Shown here piece by piece: positions 1 through 7,868 of a DNA stretch of 64,000 nucleotides; the first letter of the stretch is position 1; every line of letters begins with the position of its first letter. Source of the stretch: Kaistiaceae bacterium. Lineage in GTDB: Bacteria; Pseudomonadota; Alphaproteobacteria; Rhizobiales; Kaistiaceae. The stretch lies in the NCBI GenBank assembly GCA_963667605.2, contig CAXXUZ010000003.1, positions 1,558,992-1,622,991 of the forward strand, given 5' to 3'. The notes beneath the pieces are model-generated. The model searched no databases. It saw only the letters and a program-made list of their open reading frames with translations, and had not been told where the DNA came from. A program made the translations under genes and the position numbers.

Positions 1-397
1 TGAACTTATCAACGTCCGGTTCGGCCATCATGCCGCGGTTGAGTGTAAAACCTTCGCATTCCTTGGCTAGTTCCTCACATTCTTGATCATCACAGAAATC
101 CCTGAACGCGGACAGGAATATCTGTAGCGTTATCAGCCGCTGTTGTCCGTCGATAACCTGCCGCTTTTCGACATGGGTCGTTGGCGTGTACTTTTGATCC
201 AGCACGATCGCTCCAAGAAAATGCACCGGCGTATCTTTCCGTCCCTCGAGGTAGTCGGTGAATTTACGCTCGATATCTTCCCAGAGCGGCTCCCATTGTT
301 GCACTTTCGTCCAGACATACTGCCGCTGAAACAGAGGCACTTCCAGCCGCATCTTTTTCTCAAAAATCGCAAGCAACGGAACGGCATCGGCTTTCAT
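1..397 (-). CDS. DUF262 (GmrSD-type, ParB/Srx-like nuclease N-domain) protein; N-terminal 132 aa only, gene runs off the left edge
   Basis: Own translation of the minus strand from the ATG at 397: MKADAVPLLAIFEKKMRLEVPLFQRQYVWTKVQQWEPLWEDIERKF...VHFLGAIVLDQK...RQVIDGQQRLITLQIFLSAF. The QRxYxW and DGQQR motifs are DUF262 hallmarks. It is absent from the supplied ORF track because there is no stop inside the window. Confidence 0.8.
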   Translation of the reverse strand, partial: MKADAVPLLAIFEKKMRLEVPLFQRQYVWTKVQQWEPLWEDIERKFTDYLEGRKDTPVHFLGAIVLDQKYTPTTHVEKRQVIDGQQRLITLQIFLSAFRDFCDDQECEELAKECEGFTLNRGMMAEPDVDKF

Positions 398-693
398 TTG
401 GTCGCCCTCGTGTTCTCGAAGTTGAATGTGTCGAGATAGCGGACTTTCCTGCTCGCTATTTGAACCGACATTCCCCAGATGACATCCAAATTCGCGGAAA
501 TCGTACCACGGCCCCATCTCCAAGGGTACTCTGTTCCCATTGCAGCCATCCGATGATATGATTTTGGTAATCGGCCAGCGCGTGGAAGGCCATTTGGTCG
601 TTTCTCTTGCCATCCAGACACACCTCCCGTGTCGCAATCTCCTTGCCGTCGATTCCCTCGGCCTACGCCGGAGCGGGTCTTCGTCGTAGATCA

Positions 694-960
694 TCAATCA
701 GGCTCAAGATTTTCTGGAACATTCCGGTATGTGATCCGGTGTTGGAAGGCGCGGGACGCGAACGATTCAAGCCGGTCGAGAGTATGGTTCTCGACGTTGC
801 CTTCATTAAGCCGGAACGTGCATTCGTTCGCGTAGCGGGCCAGATGTTTGACGGAGACGTGATGCCAAGTACTGTGAATGCCGCGCTTTAGCAACGTCCA
901 CATCGACTCAGTGCCGTTGATGTGAATCTCGCCGTCCCGGACTTGCGGCGGCATTTCAAA
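694..960 (-). pseudogene. IS1595-family (ISXO2-like DDE) transposase, C-terminal fragment only
   Basis: The tail of ORF 694..1086 reads ...VRDGEIHINGTESMWTLLKRGIHSTWHHVSVKHLARYANECTFRLNEG.... This parallels the C-terminus of the intact IS1595 transposase at 30636..31505 (HTNTIEGFWSLLKRAWYGTHHHYTDEH...). The zinc ribbon and the N-terminal DDE part are missing. The residues upstream are Arg/Pro-rich junk overlapping the endolysin gene. Confidence 0.7.
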
Positions 961-1004
961 GCACGCTCTGACTGTGCGTTGCGGCGCGTCGACGCTCGGC
1001 CATT

Positions 1005-1919
1005 GTGCCCCGCATGGTTGCCGAGAATCTTCCTGCTGCGCTGGACGAAACCTGGGGCCACGAGGGCGGTCTGTCGCTCGACCCAAACGATCGCGGCAAT
1101 TGGACCGGCGGCAAGAAAGGTGTCGGTGAACTCAAGGGCACGAAATACGGCATCGCCGCCCACGCCTATCCATATCTCGACATCCGAAATCTGACCCGGG
1201 CCGCCGCCGCCCAGTTCTACCGCCAAGATTATTGGAACAGGGTGTGGGGCGACGACCTTCCGAGCGGGCCCGACGTCGTCACCTTCGATGGCGCAATCAA
1301 TAGCGGGCCTGGCCGATCGATCAAATGGCTGCAGGGCGCGATCGGCACCAAGGCCGATGGTGGCTTCGGGCCAAAGACCATGGCGGCGGTTGAGGCCGTC
1401 ACCGACTGGCCGGCCGCGATCAAGCGGATGACGGCCAAAAGGCTGTCGTTCCTGCAGGGGCTGACTTCGCTGTTCAAGCGCTATGGCCGCGGCTGGACCG
1501 CCCGGGTGGCGCGGGTCGAAGCGTTCGGGCTGGGATTGGCTTTGCTGGCGCTCGGGCGCTCTCCAGCGTCGATCTCGACGGTGGCAGAGATTGAGGCGGA
1601 GACCGCAGATCAATCGCGACGCCGCGATAATCAGAAGGCCAGCGGTGCCGGCGGTGTTGCTGCGGTCGATGGCACTGTCGCCGCGACCGGAGGCGAAGCG
1701 GCGGATGCGCCAGTGCCCCAGACCGACTGCACGCCGACCGATTGGCCAGACCTGGCCGCAATCCCCGCCGACGGCTTCCCCTGGCTGGAGCTGCTGTTGT
1801 GGGGTGTGCTGGCGGCCGCGTTGGTGGCGGCCGCCTATTTCCTGTGGCGCGCCCACGGTCAGAAAATGCGGGTGACCGCGCTCCGCTCGCTCGCCAATTC
1901 GCAAAAAGGACAGACCTGA
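1005..1919 (+). CDS. Phage-type muramidase: GH108 lysozyme domain plus PG_binding_3 domain, with a C-terminal transmembrane helix
   Basis: ETWGHEGGLSLDPNDRGNWTGGKKGVGELKGTKYGI (GH108 EGG...D.GG motif). FYRQDYWNRVWGDDLPSGPDVVTFDGAINSGPGRSIKWLQ...DGGFGPKTMAAV (PG_binding_3-like). C-terminal helix WLELLLWGVLAAALVAAAYFLW. The start could be the GTG at 1005 or the ATG at 1014. Confidence 0.8.
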   Translation: MPRMVAENLPAALDETWGHEGGLSLDPNDRGNWTGGKKGVGELKGTKYGIAAHAYPYLDIRNLTRAAAAQFYRQDYWNRVWGDDLPSGPDVVTFDGAINSGPGRSIKWLQGAIGTKADGGFGPKTMAAVEAVTDWPAAIKRMTAKRLSFLQGLTSLFKRYGRGWTARVARVEAFGLGLALLALGRSPASISTVAEIEAETADQSRRRDNQKASGAGGVAAVDGTVAATGGEAADAPVPQTDCTPTDWPDLAAIPADGFPWLELLLWGVLAAALVAAAYFLWRAHGQKMRVTALRSLANSQKGQT

Positions 1920-2446
1920 TGCCAGCGCTACTCGCCGCCGCCGCCCGTCGCCTGTTCCCGATCTTGGTCCAGTCCGGTAGCGGCCTCCTTGCCAATATCG
2001 TGCGCCGGCGGGCGCCGGGTGTCGCCACAGTGATCGAGAAGATTTCGGGCGCCTTCGGGACCGCCGCGACGGCCGACGCGATCGCCGACCGCTTTGAGAG
2101 CGCTGACGTTCCGGGGCGCGCACAACTCCTGCGGATGGTTCGAGAGGTTGAGGATGACGGGCTCGAATATTGGCAGGGGATGGTCCAGGACATCAATCTG
2201 TCGATGCGAGCCGAGATGAAGGCGAAGGACTGGCTGCAGCGCAATTGGCGGCCGATCTTCGCGCTGTCCTCGATCGTTCTGATCCCGGTCTATGTGGTGC
2301 TTCTGTTCTGGCTGCTGCTCACCGGCCGGGTTGAGGAAGGTGGCGTTTTCTCCGGCGTGTTGATGCTGCTCCTGCCGCTGCAGCTCGGCGTCCTCGGCGT
2401 CTATGCCGGGGGAAGATCCTATGAAAAGGCTCGGGGCGCCGACTGA
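1919..2446 (+). CDS. Putative holin (resembles the GTA/phage 3-TM holin family)
   Basis: ATGA overlap with the endolysin stop at 1917-1921. Soluble N-terminal half followed by C-terminal hydrophobic helices (WRPIFALSSIVLIPVYVVLLFWLLLTG, VFSGVLMLLLPLQLGVLGVYAGG). Sits directly after a muramidase gene. Confidence 0.5.
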   Translation: MPALLAAAARRLFPILVQSGSGLLANIVRRRAPGVATVIEKISGAFGTAATADAIADRFESADVPGRAQLLRMVREVEDDGLEYWQGMVQDINLSMRAEMKAKDWLQRNWRPIFALSSIVLIPVYVVLLFWLLLTGRVEEGGVFSGVLMLLLPLQLGVLGVYAGGRSYEKARGAD

Positions 2447-2757
2447 TGGACGGCGACCTGATGGCGTCCATTGGGCTGTTGCTGGCGATCGCCGGCGGCA
2501 TGGTCGTCCGCGACCGTTTCGTCACCAAGTCGATTCGCGATGGCGACGACCAGCTCCACAAGCGGATCAACGAGGTCAAGGATGTCTATGTTCGGCGCGA
2601 CGATCTCAACCAACACATCACCCGGCTTGAGCGAGCGGTCGAGGATGTGAAGGGCGAGCTTCGCGAAATGCGGCGCCACCACGAGCTCGTCATCACGACG
2701 ATGCAGGCCAACACCGAGCTCTTGAAAACGATCGCGAAGCATCAGGCGCCGAGTTAG
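2446..2757 (+). CDS. Small N-terminally membrane-anchored coiled-coil protein of the lysis cluster (DUF2730/Mu gp25-like or i-spanin-like)
   Basis: Start overlaps the previous stop. TM helix ASIGLLLAIAGGMVV is followed by a heptad-like charged segment (LNQHITRLERAVEDVKGELREMRRHHE). Confidence 0.45.
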   Translation: MDGDLMASIGLLLAIAGGMVVRDRFVTKSIRDGDDQLHKRINEVKDVYVRRDDLNQHITRLERAVEDVKGELREMRRHHELVITTMQANTELLKTIAKHQAPS

Positions 2758-2842
2758 AGGCCAGTGCGTTGCGAGTGAGCGCTGGGCGGGTAAATCTCTC
2801 GCTCAAGTTCTGAACCGAAGCCGCCGCCAGGGGTAGTAGGCC

Positions 2843-3553
2843 GTGGTCAAGAAAATCGGCGAAATGCTGCCGGTCCGCACGGACTGGAACGACAACTACA
2901 AGTTCCCGATGTTCGATTCTGGGGATCCGGCCAATCCCGATCCGCAGGGTAGCTTTTTGCAGCTCCGAACGGGCGCGGCGACCCTCACCAACAAGACGCT
3001 CGGCGCTGGCACAATCTTTTCGGTCGTGCCAACTGCATCGATCAACGCTGGCACCGTCCCCGGAGGTACGGTCGTTGCCACCGAATATGGCGATGGAACC
3101 CGCTTCCGAACCAGCCTGGCGCTGACGGCGTTTGATGCCGGGGACAGCGGCGGCAATGCAGCCAAAGCGATCGGCGCGCTGCTTTACACCCTGCCAGCCG
3201 GCGTCATCATGATCGAAGCTGCGCATATCGCCGTGGCTACGACCATTGCTGATGCGGTACAGACCGACACCCCGGAGATCGGCATTGGCAATGTCGTCGC
3301 CTCGGGCGTTGTCTCGGTGCTCGGCGGCACTCCTGGGTTTGAAAACGTCTACATCGGCACCGCGATCGCCGACGTGGCAGGGACGACCTACACCGGCACG
3401 AAACTACCGACGGCTGCGGTGCCTCTGATCCTCGCGGCCGGGGATCCGCACACGCTGTATCTGAACTATGCCGACACCTGGGCCAATCTCACCGCGGAAT
3501 CAGAGCTCGCCGTCACCGGAACGATCGTGCTGCTCTGGCGGTTCCTGATCTGA
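2843..3553 (+). CDS. Hypothetical protein, Gly/Ala/Thr-rich and probably beta-rich; possible phage structural remnant
   Basis: 236-aa ORF with backbone-like codon composition and no family motif I recognise. The start is uncertain (GTG at 2843 or ATG at 2864). Confidence 0.45.
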   Translation: MVKKIGEMLPVRTDWNDNYKFPMFDSGDPANPDPQGSFLQLRTGAATLTNKTLGAGTIFSVVPTASINAGTVPGGTVVATEYGDGTRFRTSLALTAFDAGDSGGNAAKAIGALLYTLPAGVIMIEAAHIAVATTIADAVQTDTPEIGIGNVVASGVVSVLGGTPGFENVYIGTAIADVAGTTYTGTKLPTAAVPLILAAGDPHTLYLNYADTWANLTAESELAVTGTIVLLWRFLI

Positions 3554-3654
3554 TTTCGCCTCCGGTGTGTCGGGGAGCGCCCTCACATTTGCCCGGGCGC
3601 CAAGCGACCCCAACATCATCAAAATCCACGCGGCCGTCGCCTACTGGCAGAGCG

Positions 3655-3867
3655 TCAAACGCTCTGCAAGCCACTCATACTCTTCAAGTTTCTGAATAGC
3701 GTGCAATACTGACCTTTGCCTCTCTTTTCAGTTTGGGGATAAGCACGCCTATGATTGCGGCCGTCGCGAACAAGCTCGTCGAACAGCATCACGCCGACGC
3801 CGATATATCCTGCCGCGTCAACGCGAGACAGGCCACGGCGAGGTTGGTGGTCGTTAGCTGTGGTCAT
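3655..3867 (-). CDS. Excisionase/AlpA-like helix-turn-helix protein (putative)
   Basis: MTTANDHQPRRGLSRVDAAGYIGVGVMLFDELVRDGR... resembles the L(S/T)xxEAAxYxGVSxxxFxxxVxxGR HTH found in small island/prophage excisionase-like proteins. The C-terminal part is atypical and possibly decayed. Confidence 0.4.
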   Translation of the reverse strand: MTTANDHQPRRGLSRVDAAGYIGVGVMLFDELVRDGRNHRRAYPQTEKRGKGQYCTLFRNLKSMSGLQSV

Positions 3868-3872
3868 GGCGG

Positions 3873-4540
3873 CTAAGACCACCGACAGGCAGACTTAAGG
3901 GGAACCAACAATTCGGACAGCCCAGACAGGGTAAAGGTTGCGTATTGTACGGCACCAAGTTCATCTGTTACCCGCACATAGAAGTCTGTCGCTTCCTCTA
4001 GCTGGCGAATTATGTTAATGCTTGGTGCTCCGCCAGGCGCGAGAAACGGTCTGGTAATCCGCGCTGATTGTCCAAGCCCGTGTATCAACTGGAGCGTTGT
4101 CGCCTATACGATATTGTATTCTCGGATTCTCACTAACGTTGATAATCATGCTGGGGAAAAGTATAAAAACGTTTGTTCTGCTCTCATAACACCGCAGACC
4201 AAGCCCCGCGATTTCGCAGTCAAACTGGCCGCAATTTGCTTCATCATTCACGCGTGACAAAAGCACGCGCGTCGATCGATCGAGGGGTGAAACATCGATT
4301 AATGAGGTCCACACACGAAGCTCTGCCATAAGGTCGGCTTCATTTGGGGCTGGATCAACAATCAATGCTAATTGGTCGAAGCAGGTAGCCGCTCTGTATC
4401 GTCAGCAATTGCCGCCACACGACAATCGCGTCTATCGCGGCCCCTTCCTGAGCGACGGTAGGTTGGGCGATTAGCGACAGCCCAGCTAACAAGATTGAAC
4501 CTCGGAGTATGTTAGCGACCGGGGTCGTGATTTGAGACAT
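3873..4540 (-). pseudogene. Secreted protein gene apparently split over three overlapping frames (ORFs 4355..4540, 4015..4365, 3873..4088)
   Basis: GGAGGGAG Shine-Dalgarno about 10 nt upstream of the ATG at 4540. Signal-peptide-like MSQITTPVANILRGSILLAGLSLIAQPTVAQ. The three ORFs overlap by 11 and 74 nt and read as one continuous Cys-containing protein (...ANCGQFDCEIAGLGLRCYE...FTLSGLSELLVPLKSAC). The region is visibly AT-rich. Confidence 0.35.
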
Positions 4541-4815
4541 TTGACTAGACTCCCTCCCTAGATCAACTGAACCATGACTACCGAGTGTATGCTGATCAGC
4601 TTGTTGCCGGCAATTGGAACGGCCTTCGCCGGGTTGTGCTGCCAGAGTTGCAGCACATTGTTCTTCCAACCATCGAAGCGCTTCACCAGCCCTGACGGAG
4701 GGTCCCTATGATTTTATGTCAAAAGTCCGACGGCGCTCTCTATGAAAATTTCACGACAGGGCATTTATCAGGCTCTTGAAGCCCGGCGACGCGCCTGCAA
4801 AAAGCGATTTCCTAT

Positions 4816-5271
4816 GTGCTCCTTATAGTCATTCTACTGTCGATCCTCGCACTGGTGGTCGAGGAGCGCCTCCCGAATGTCTCGGAAGAATTTGCGGGTC
4901 TGCTCATTGCGCTCGACGTGATCCTCGTCGTCTTCGGTGTCGAGTACATCACCCGCCTTGCCGTTACACCAAAGCCGTGGAGATGTACGCCGTCAGTAAG
5001 GAAGGGGTCATCGACGTACTCGCCTTTGCCGTCGGCGGTCAGCCTGGTCGTACCGGCGCTTTGGAATATCTCGTGGCTACGTGCGCTACGTCTGTTCCGT
5101 TTCCTCCGCGTGCTGAAACTCGCCGAGCAGGGTGTGCGCTCGAGAGCCCTCTGGTCCGGCATCCTCGCACGCATCGGGCCATATATTGGCGTCGCCCTCG
5201 CCTTCAAAGCGGTGGCGCTCGCTTTCGAAAAGCATGGTGGCCGGCGATCGGCGATCTCAAGACCATGCTGA
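4816..5271 (+). pseudogene. Voltage-sensor-type (S1-S4) ion-transport-family protein without a pore domain; the S3-like segment is readable only in another frame
   Basis: S4-like RALRLFRFLRVLKL and S2-like VFGVEYITRLAV are in the listed frame. Between about 4978 and 5035 the alternate frame gives YAVSKEGVIDVLAFAV (S3-like), while the listed frame gives non-helical RCTPSVRKGSSTYSPLPS. Confidence 0.45.
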
Positions 5272-5866
5272 CAGTCGTCGGCTTTGCTATCGGCGTATTG
5301 CTGGCTACCAAGCTCGCCTCCGCACAGCGGCGGATGAACGAGGTTGAGATCGCCGTCTGCAATATCGTCGGCGCACTGAACGCACTGCGCGACAGCGTGC
5401 CAAGTGCTCTCGGCCTGAGGGAGTGGGCACTGAATCTAGAGCGGGTTCTCACCACTGGGGAGGGCACCGCGTCACTCGAGACGGCGACAAGAACGCTCGG
5501 CAGCGAGATTGCCCGTCGGGATGCGCCGGCACCCTATGTCTTGAGCCTGCAGCAGGCCACGACCCTCGTGTTACACCGGGCCATGGCGGAGACTCCAGAC
5601 GCATACGACCGCTTCCTGCGATCTACGTCACGATTGTCTACACGATTGCCGTCATCATCGTCATGCCGGGCTTGGTTGGCTTCGTCTCGGTGGCGCTGGT
5701 AGTCTATGTCTTGGGCGGTATGTACTTCCTGATCGAGGACATGGATCGGCCCATCGATCATCAGCGTGACGCACTGATTGACGCAGATATCTCGCCGCTC
5801 TTGACCTTAAACAAGACGTGGGTTGAGCCCGTGGTCCCCGCGGAAGAAAAGTTGGCTGGTCAATGA
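5265..5866 (+). pseudogene. DUF4239 / bestrophin-like membrane protein with a frameshift near 5610-5625
   Basis: One frame gives MLTVVGFAIGVLLATKLASAQRRMNEVEIAVCNIVGAL...LHRAMAETPDAYDRFLR. The continuation IYVTIVYTIAVIIVMPGLVGFVSVALVVYVLGGMYFLIEDMDRPIDHQRDALIDADISPL is in another frame (ORF 5423..5866). Confidence 0.45.
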
Positions 5867-6234
5867 TGGCGATCGGGATTCCCCGGATTGCTTCTCCCAG
5901 CCGCCGACAATGATAGCAGAATGGGCATCCGACCGGGAATCCGGCCCTGAGCCGTCATGATAGGCTGTAGTCCGCACTTGATCGGGCTGATTTGGTGATG
6001 AGAAGCCCGACCCGGTGACCACTCCGCATTGTGAGGGCGCACTTCGACCAGCAATAACGTCACCGGCCAGCGTGGTCAGGCCGATTCGATCCGTTGGCGC
6101 ACCTGTGAACTCGCCGCCAGCCTGAATCCGTTAGGCGTATAATTCCCCGTTTTTCCTAACGTCACCCAATGAAAACAATGACTTGTCTCAGCCTTCCAAG
6201 CTGATGACGGGGCGCTCACCCTTGGTCATCGTGC

Positions 6235-7446
6235 TCATTCGCTCTTAGCCCTCCTGGCGGCTCTAAGGCTCGCTACACGGCGGGTCGAATCGAGCGCCGA
6301 CCGGACATAGCGCGTGGTGATCTTCGGGTCCGAATGTGTCGCGTGCAGCCGCAGATCCTCGACCGTCGCGCCAGCGTCCGCGCCCTCGGTAATCCCGCCG
6401 GCCCGCGAATCCATGTTCCAGACGCCGGGAGGAACCTCGGCGGCGGCGGCGATGTCTCGCCAATGGGACCAGAAATTGCGCTGCGAATAGGGGAGGCCGG
6501 TCGATTCCGACACGATCAACGGCCCCACACGCCCTGCCAGGGGCTCGAACGCCTGGAGGGCGCACGACACCAACGGATAACGGGACAGGTCCCACTGGCC
6601 CAGCGTGCCGGTCTTGGATGTGGTTTTCGACAGGACGAGGTCGGGACCGATGTCGGACCAAGCGGTGCCGCCGGTCCAGCGCATCCCCCTGGCGACGATG
6701 CCCTGCACCCTGGGCGTCTCGTCGTCGATCCATTCGCCGATGACGTCGCGTTGCCGTAGGCTGAGTTCGAATTGGAGCGCCTGGGCGAGCGCGATCGAGG
6801 GGCGGCCCTGCGCGATCGCGGTCTCGATGATCGCTTTGGCCTGATCATAAGCCATCGCCACCTTGCGTGGCGCCGGCGGCGAGAAGCGCATCTTCGACAG
6901 CATCAAGGCTACCTCGGCGCACCTATGATAGCCGCTGGCGGCGCCGTAATTGCAGACGATCCGCAGGAGTTTCATGCAGTTGTAAGCGCGGCGGAGGCGT
7001 TCACTTCCGTCCGGTGTCGCCGGTTCTTTGAACACCCGATACCAGCGGGCGAAGTCCTTGCCGGTGAGGGCATCGACGCGGCGAGCTCCGTAGGCGGCGG
7101 CGATCAAAGCCAGGATCTCGTCATAGTGCCGGCTGGTGTTCCACTTCACCGCGCGGTAGGGCGAATCCTCGTCGCGCTGGTAGCAGTCGATCAGGCTTGT
7201 CAGGGTGCCGTTGAATGCCTGCTTGCCGACGCCGCGGCTGGTGAGCCATTCCTTGAGCTCGGCCGTCAGCCGCCAACAGCGAGCGCTCCGCTCCTCGTCG
7301 GTGTCGAAGTGCAGCCGAACGGTTCTGACCGGGTACTCCTTGACCAGCGGCGATTTGCTGGCATCGGAAGCGATCCAGTAAAAGGCAACGCTGCCGCCGC
7401 GCCGACGGCGGGCTCTAATTCCGGGCGCGTCTTTGTGAGCGGGCAT
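6235..7446 (-). CDS. int: Tyrosine recombinase / phage integrase
   Basis: The C-terminal catalytic region contains ...ALQFELSLRQRDV... and ...DLRLHATHSDPKITTRYVRS (R..H-x-x-R..Y pattern). The likely start is MPAHKDAPG at 7446. The 121-aa N-terminal extension of ORF 6235..7809 is Ser/Pro/Arg junk. Confidence 0.85.
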   Translation of the reverse strand: MPAHKDAPGIRARRRRGGSVAFYWIASDASKSPLVKEYPVRTVRLHFDTDEERSARCWRLTAELKEWLTSRGVGKQAFNGTLTSLIDCYQRDEDSPYRAVKWNTSRHYDEILALIAAAYGARRVDALTGKDFARWYRVFKEPATPDGSERLRRAYNCMKLLRIVCNYGAASGYHRCAEVALMLSKMRFSPPAPRKVAMAYDQAKAIIETAIAQGRPSIALAQALQFELSLRQRDVIGEWIDDETPRVQGIVARGMRWTGGTAWSDIGPDLVLSKTTSKTGTLGQWDLSRYPLVSCALQAFEPLAGRVGPLIVSESTGLPYSQRNFWSHWRDIAAAAEVPPGVWNMDSRAGGITEGADAGATVEDLRLHATHSDPKITTRYVRSALDSTRRVASLRAARRAKSE

Positions 7447-7534
7447 GTTCGGGGTGTTTCTCACTCCGCCCCCCTGCAATAACAAGGGCCGGCAAGTACG
7501 GACCGGGAACGGCTTTGTGCTCCTGGTGTGTCTC

Positions 7535-7825
7535 CTAGCCCGCAGGTTCTCGCCTCGTTCTGCACGAACTCGCATCAACCGGCACGATAGATGGCCAGAA
7601 TGCTTGGGTTTTGGCGGCGTTGATAGGGCGAGTATGGTCCCTGGTGGTGACACGGTGGCTGGTCGAAATGCTGACGACGGCGTCGAGCAGTTCCTCGGCG
7701 AGATGCGCGACCGATGGCTGGAGCTGCGCGGTTGCCGGAGCAACGGCAAAAACGACCCAGAAACCGATCGCGAGAGCTCGGACCAGACCGAGCCTGCCCA
7801 TGCCACCAATTGCAGCTCTTCCCAT
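7535..7825 (-). pseudogene. Do/DegP/HtrA-family serine protease, N-terminal about 95 aa only (signal peptide plus the first conserved strand)
   Basis: MGRLGLVRALAIGFWVVFAVAPATAQ (signal) followed by PSVAHLAEELLDAVVSISTS, which resembles the conserved start of DegP-like proteases. The position after hflK-hflC-DUF2065 is where I recall a degP-like gene in many alphaproteobacteria. There are no catalytic or PDZ domains, and the ORF ends 90 nt from the integrase start. Confidence 0.55.
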
Positions 7826-7868
7826 CACCGCATTCCTCTCGATAGGCCGGCGCCGGTGGCCATCGATC

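Larger units (their letters stand above)
1..7534. mobile_element. Mosaic integrative-element / prophage remnant; left end lies outside the window, right end is a tyrosine integrase abutting a truncated degP-like gene
   Basis: Contains an integrase, an excisionase-like HTH gene, phage lysis genes, an IS1595 transposase fragment, a DUF262 restriction-type gene and several frame-disrupted genes. Stretches 1-700 and about 3560-4760 look AT-richer by eye (not computed). Confidence 0.5.

Noticed and set aside
888-2244. Long minus-strand ORFs (888..2123, 411 aa; 1474..2244, 256 aa) opposite the endolysin/holin genes
   Set aside because: They are extremely Arg/Pro/Gly/Ala-rich with no motifs, and lie exactly antisense to ORFs with clear family signatures. 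These are typical shadow ORFs of high-GC DNA.
4776-5702. 308-aa ORF taken at face value as one intact gene
   Set aside because: Only parts of it carry meaningful sequence. The recognisable channel and DUF4239 motifs jump between three frames, so the long ORF is a chimera of real and out-of-frame segments.
6235-7809. Full 524-aa version of the integrase ORF
   Set aside because: The first 121 residues are Ser/Pro/Arg-rich with no integrase N-domain features, and they would overlap the degP-like fragment region. The ATG at 7446 (MPAHKDAPG) is the plausible start.
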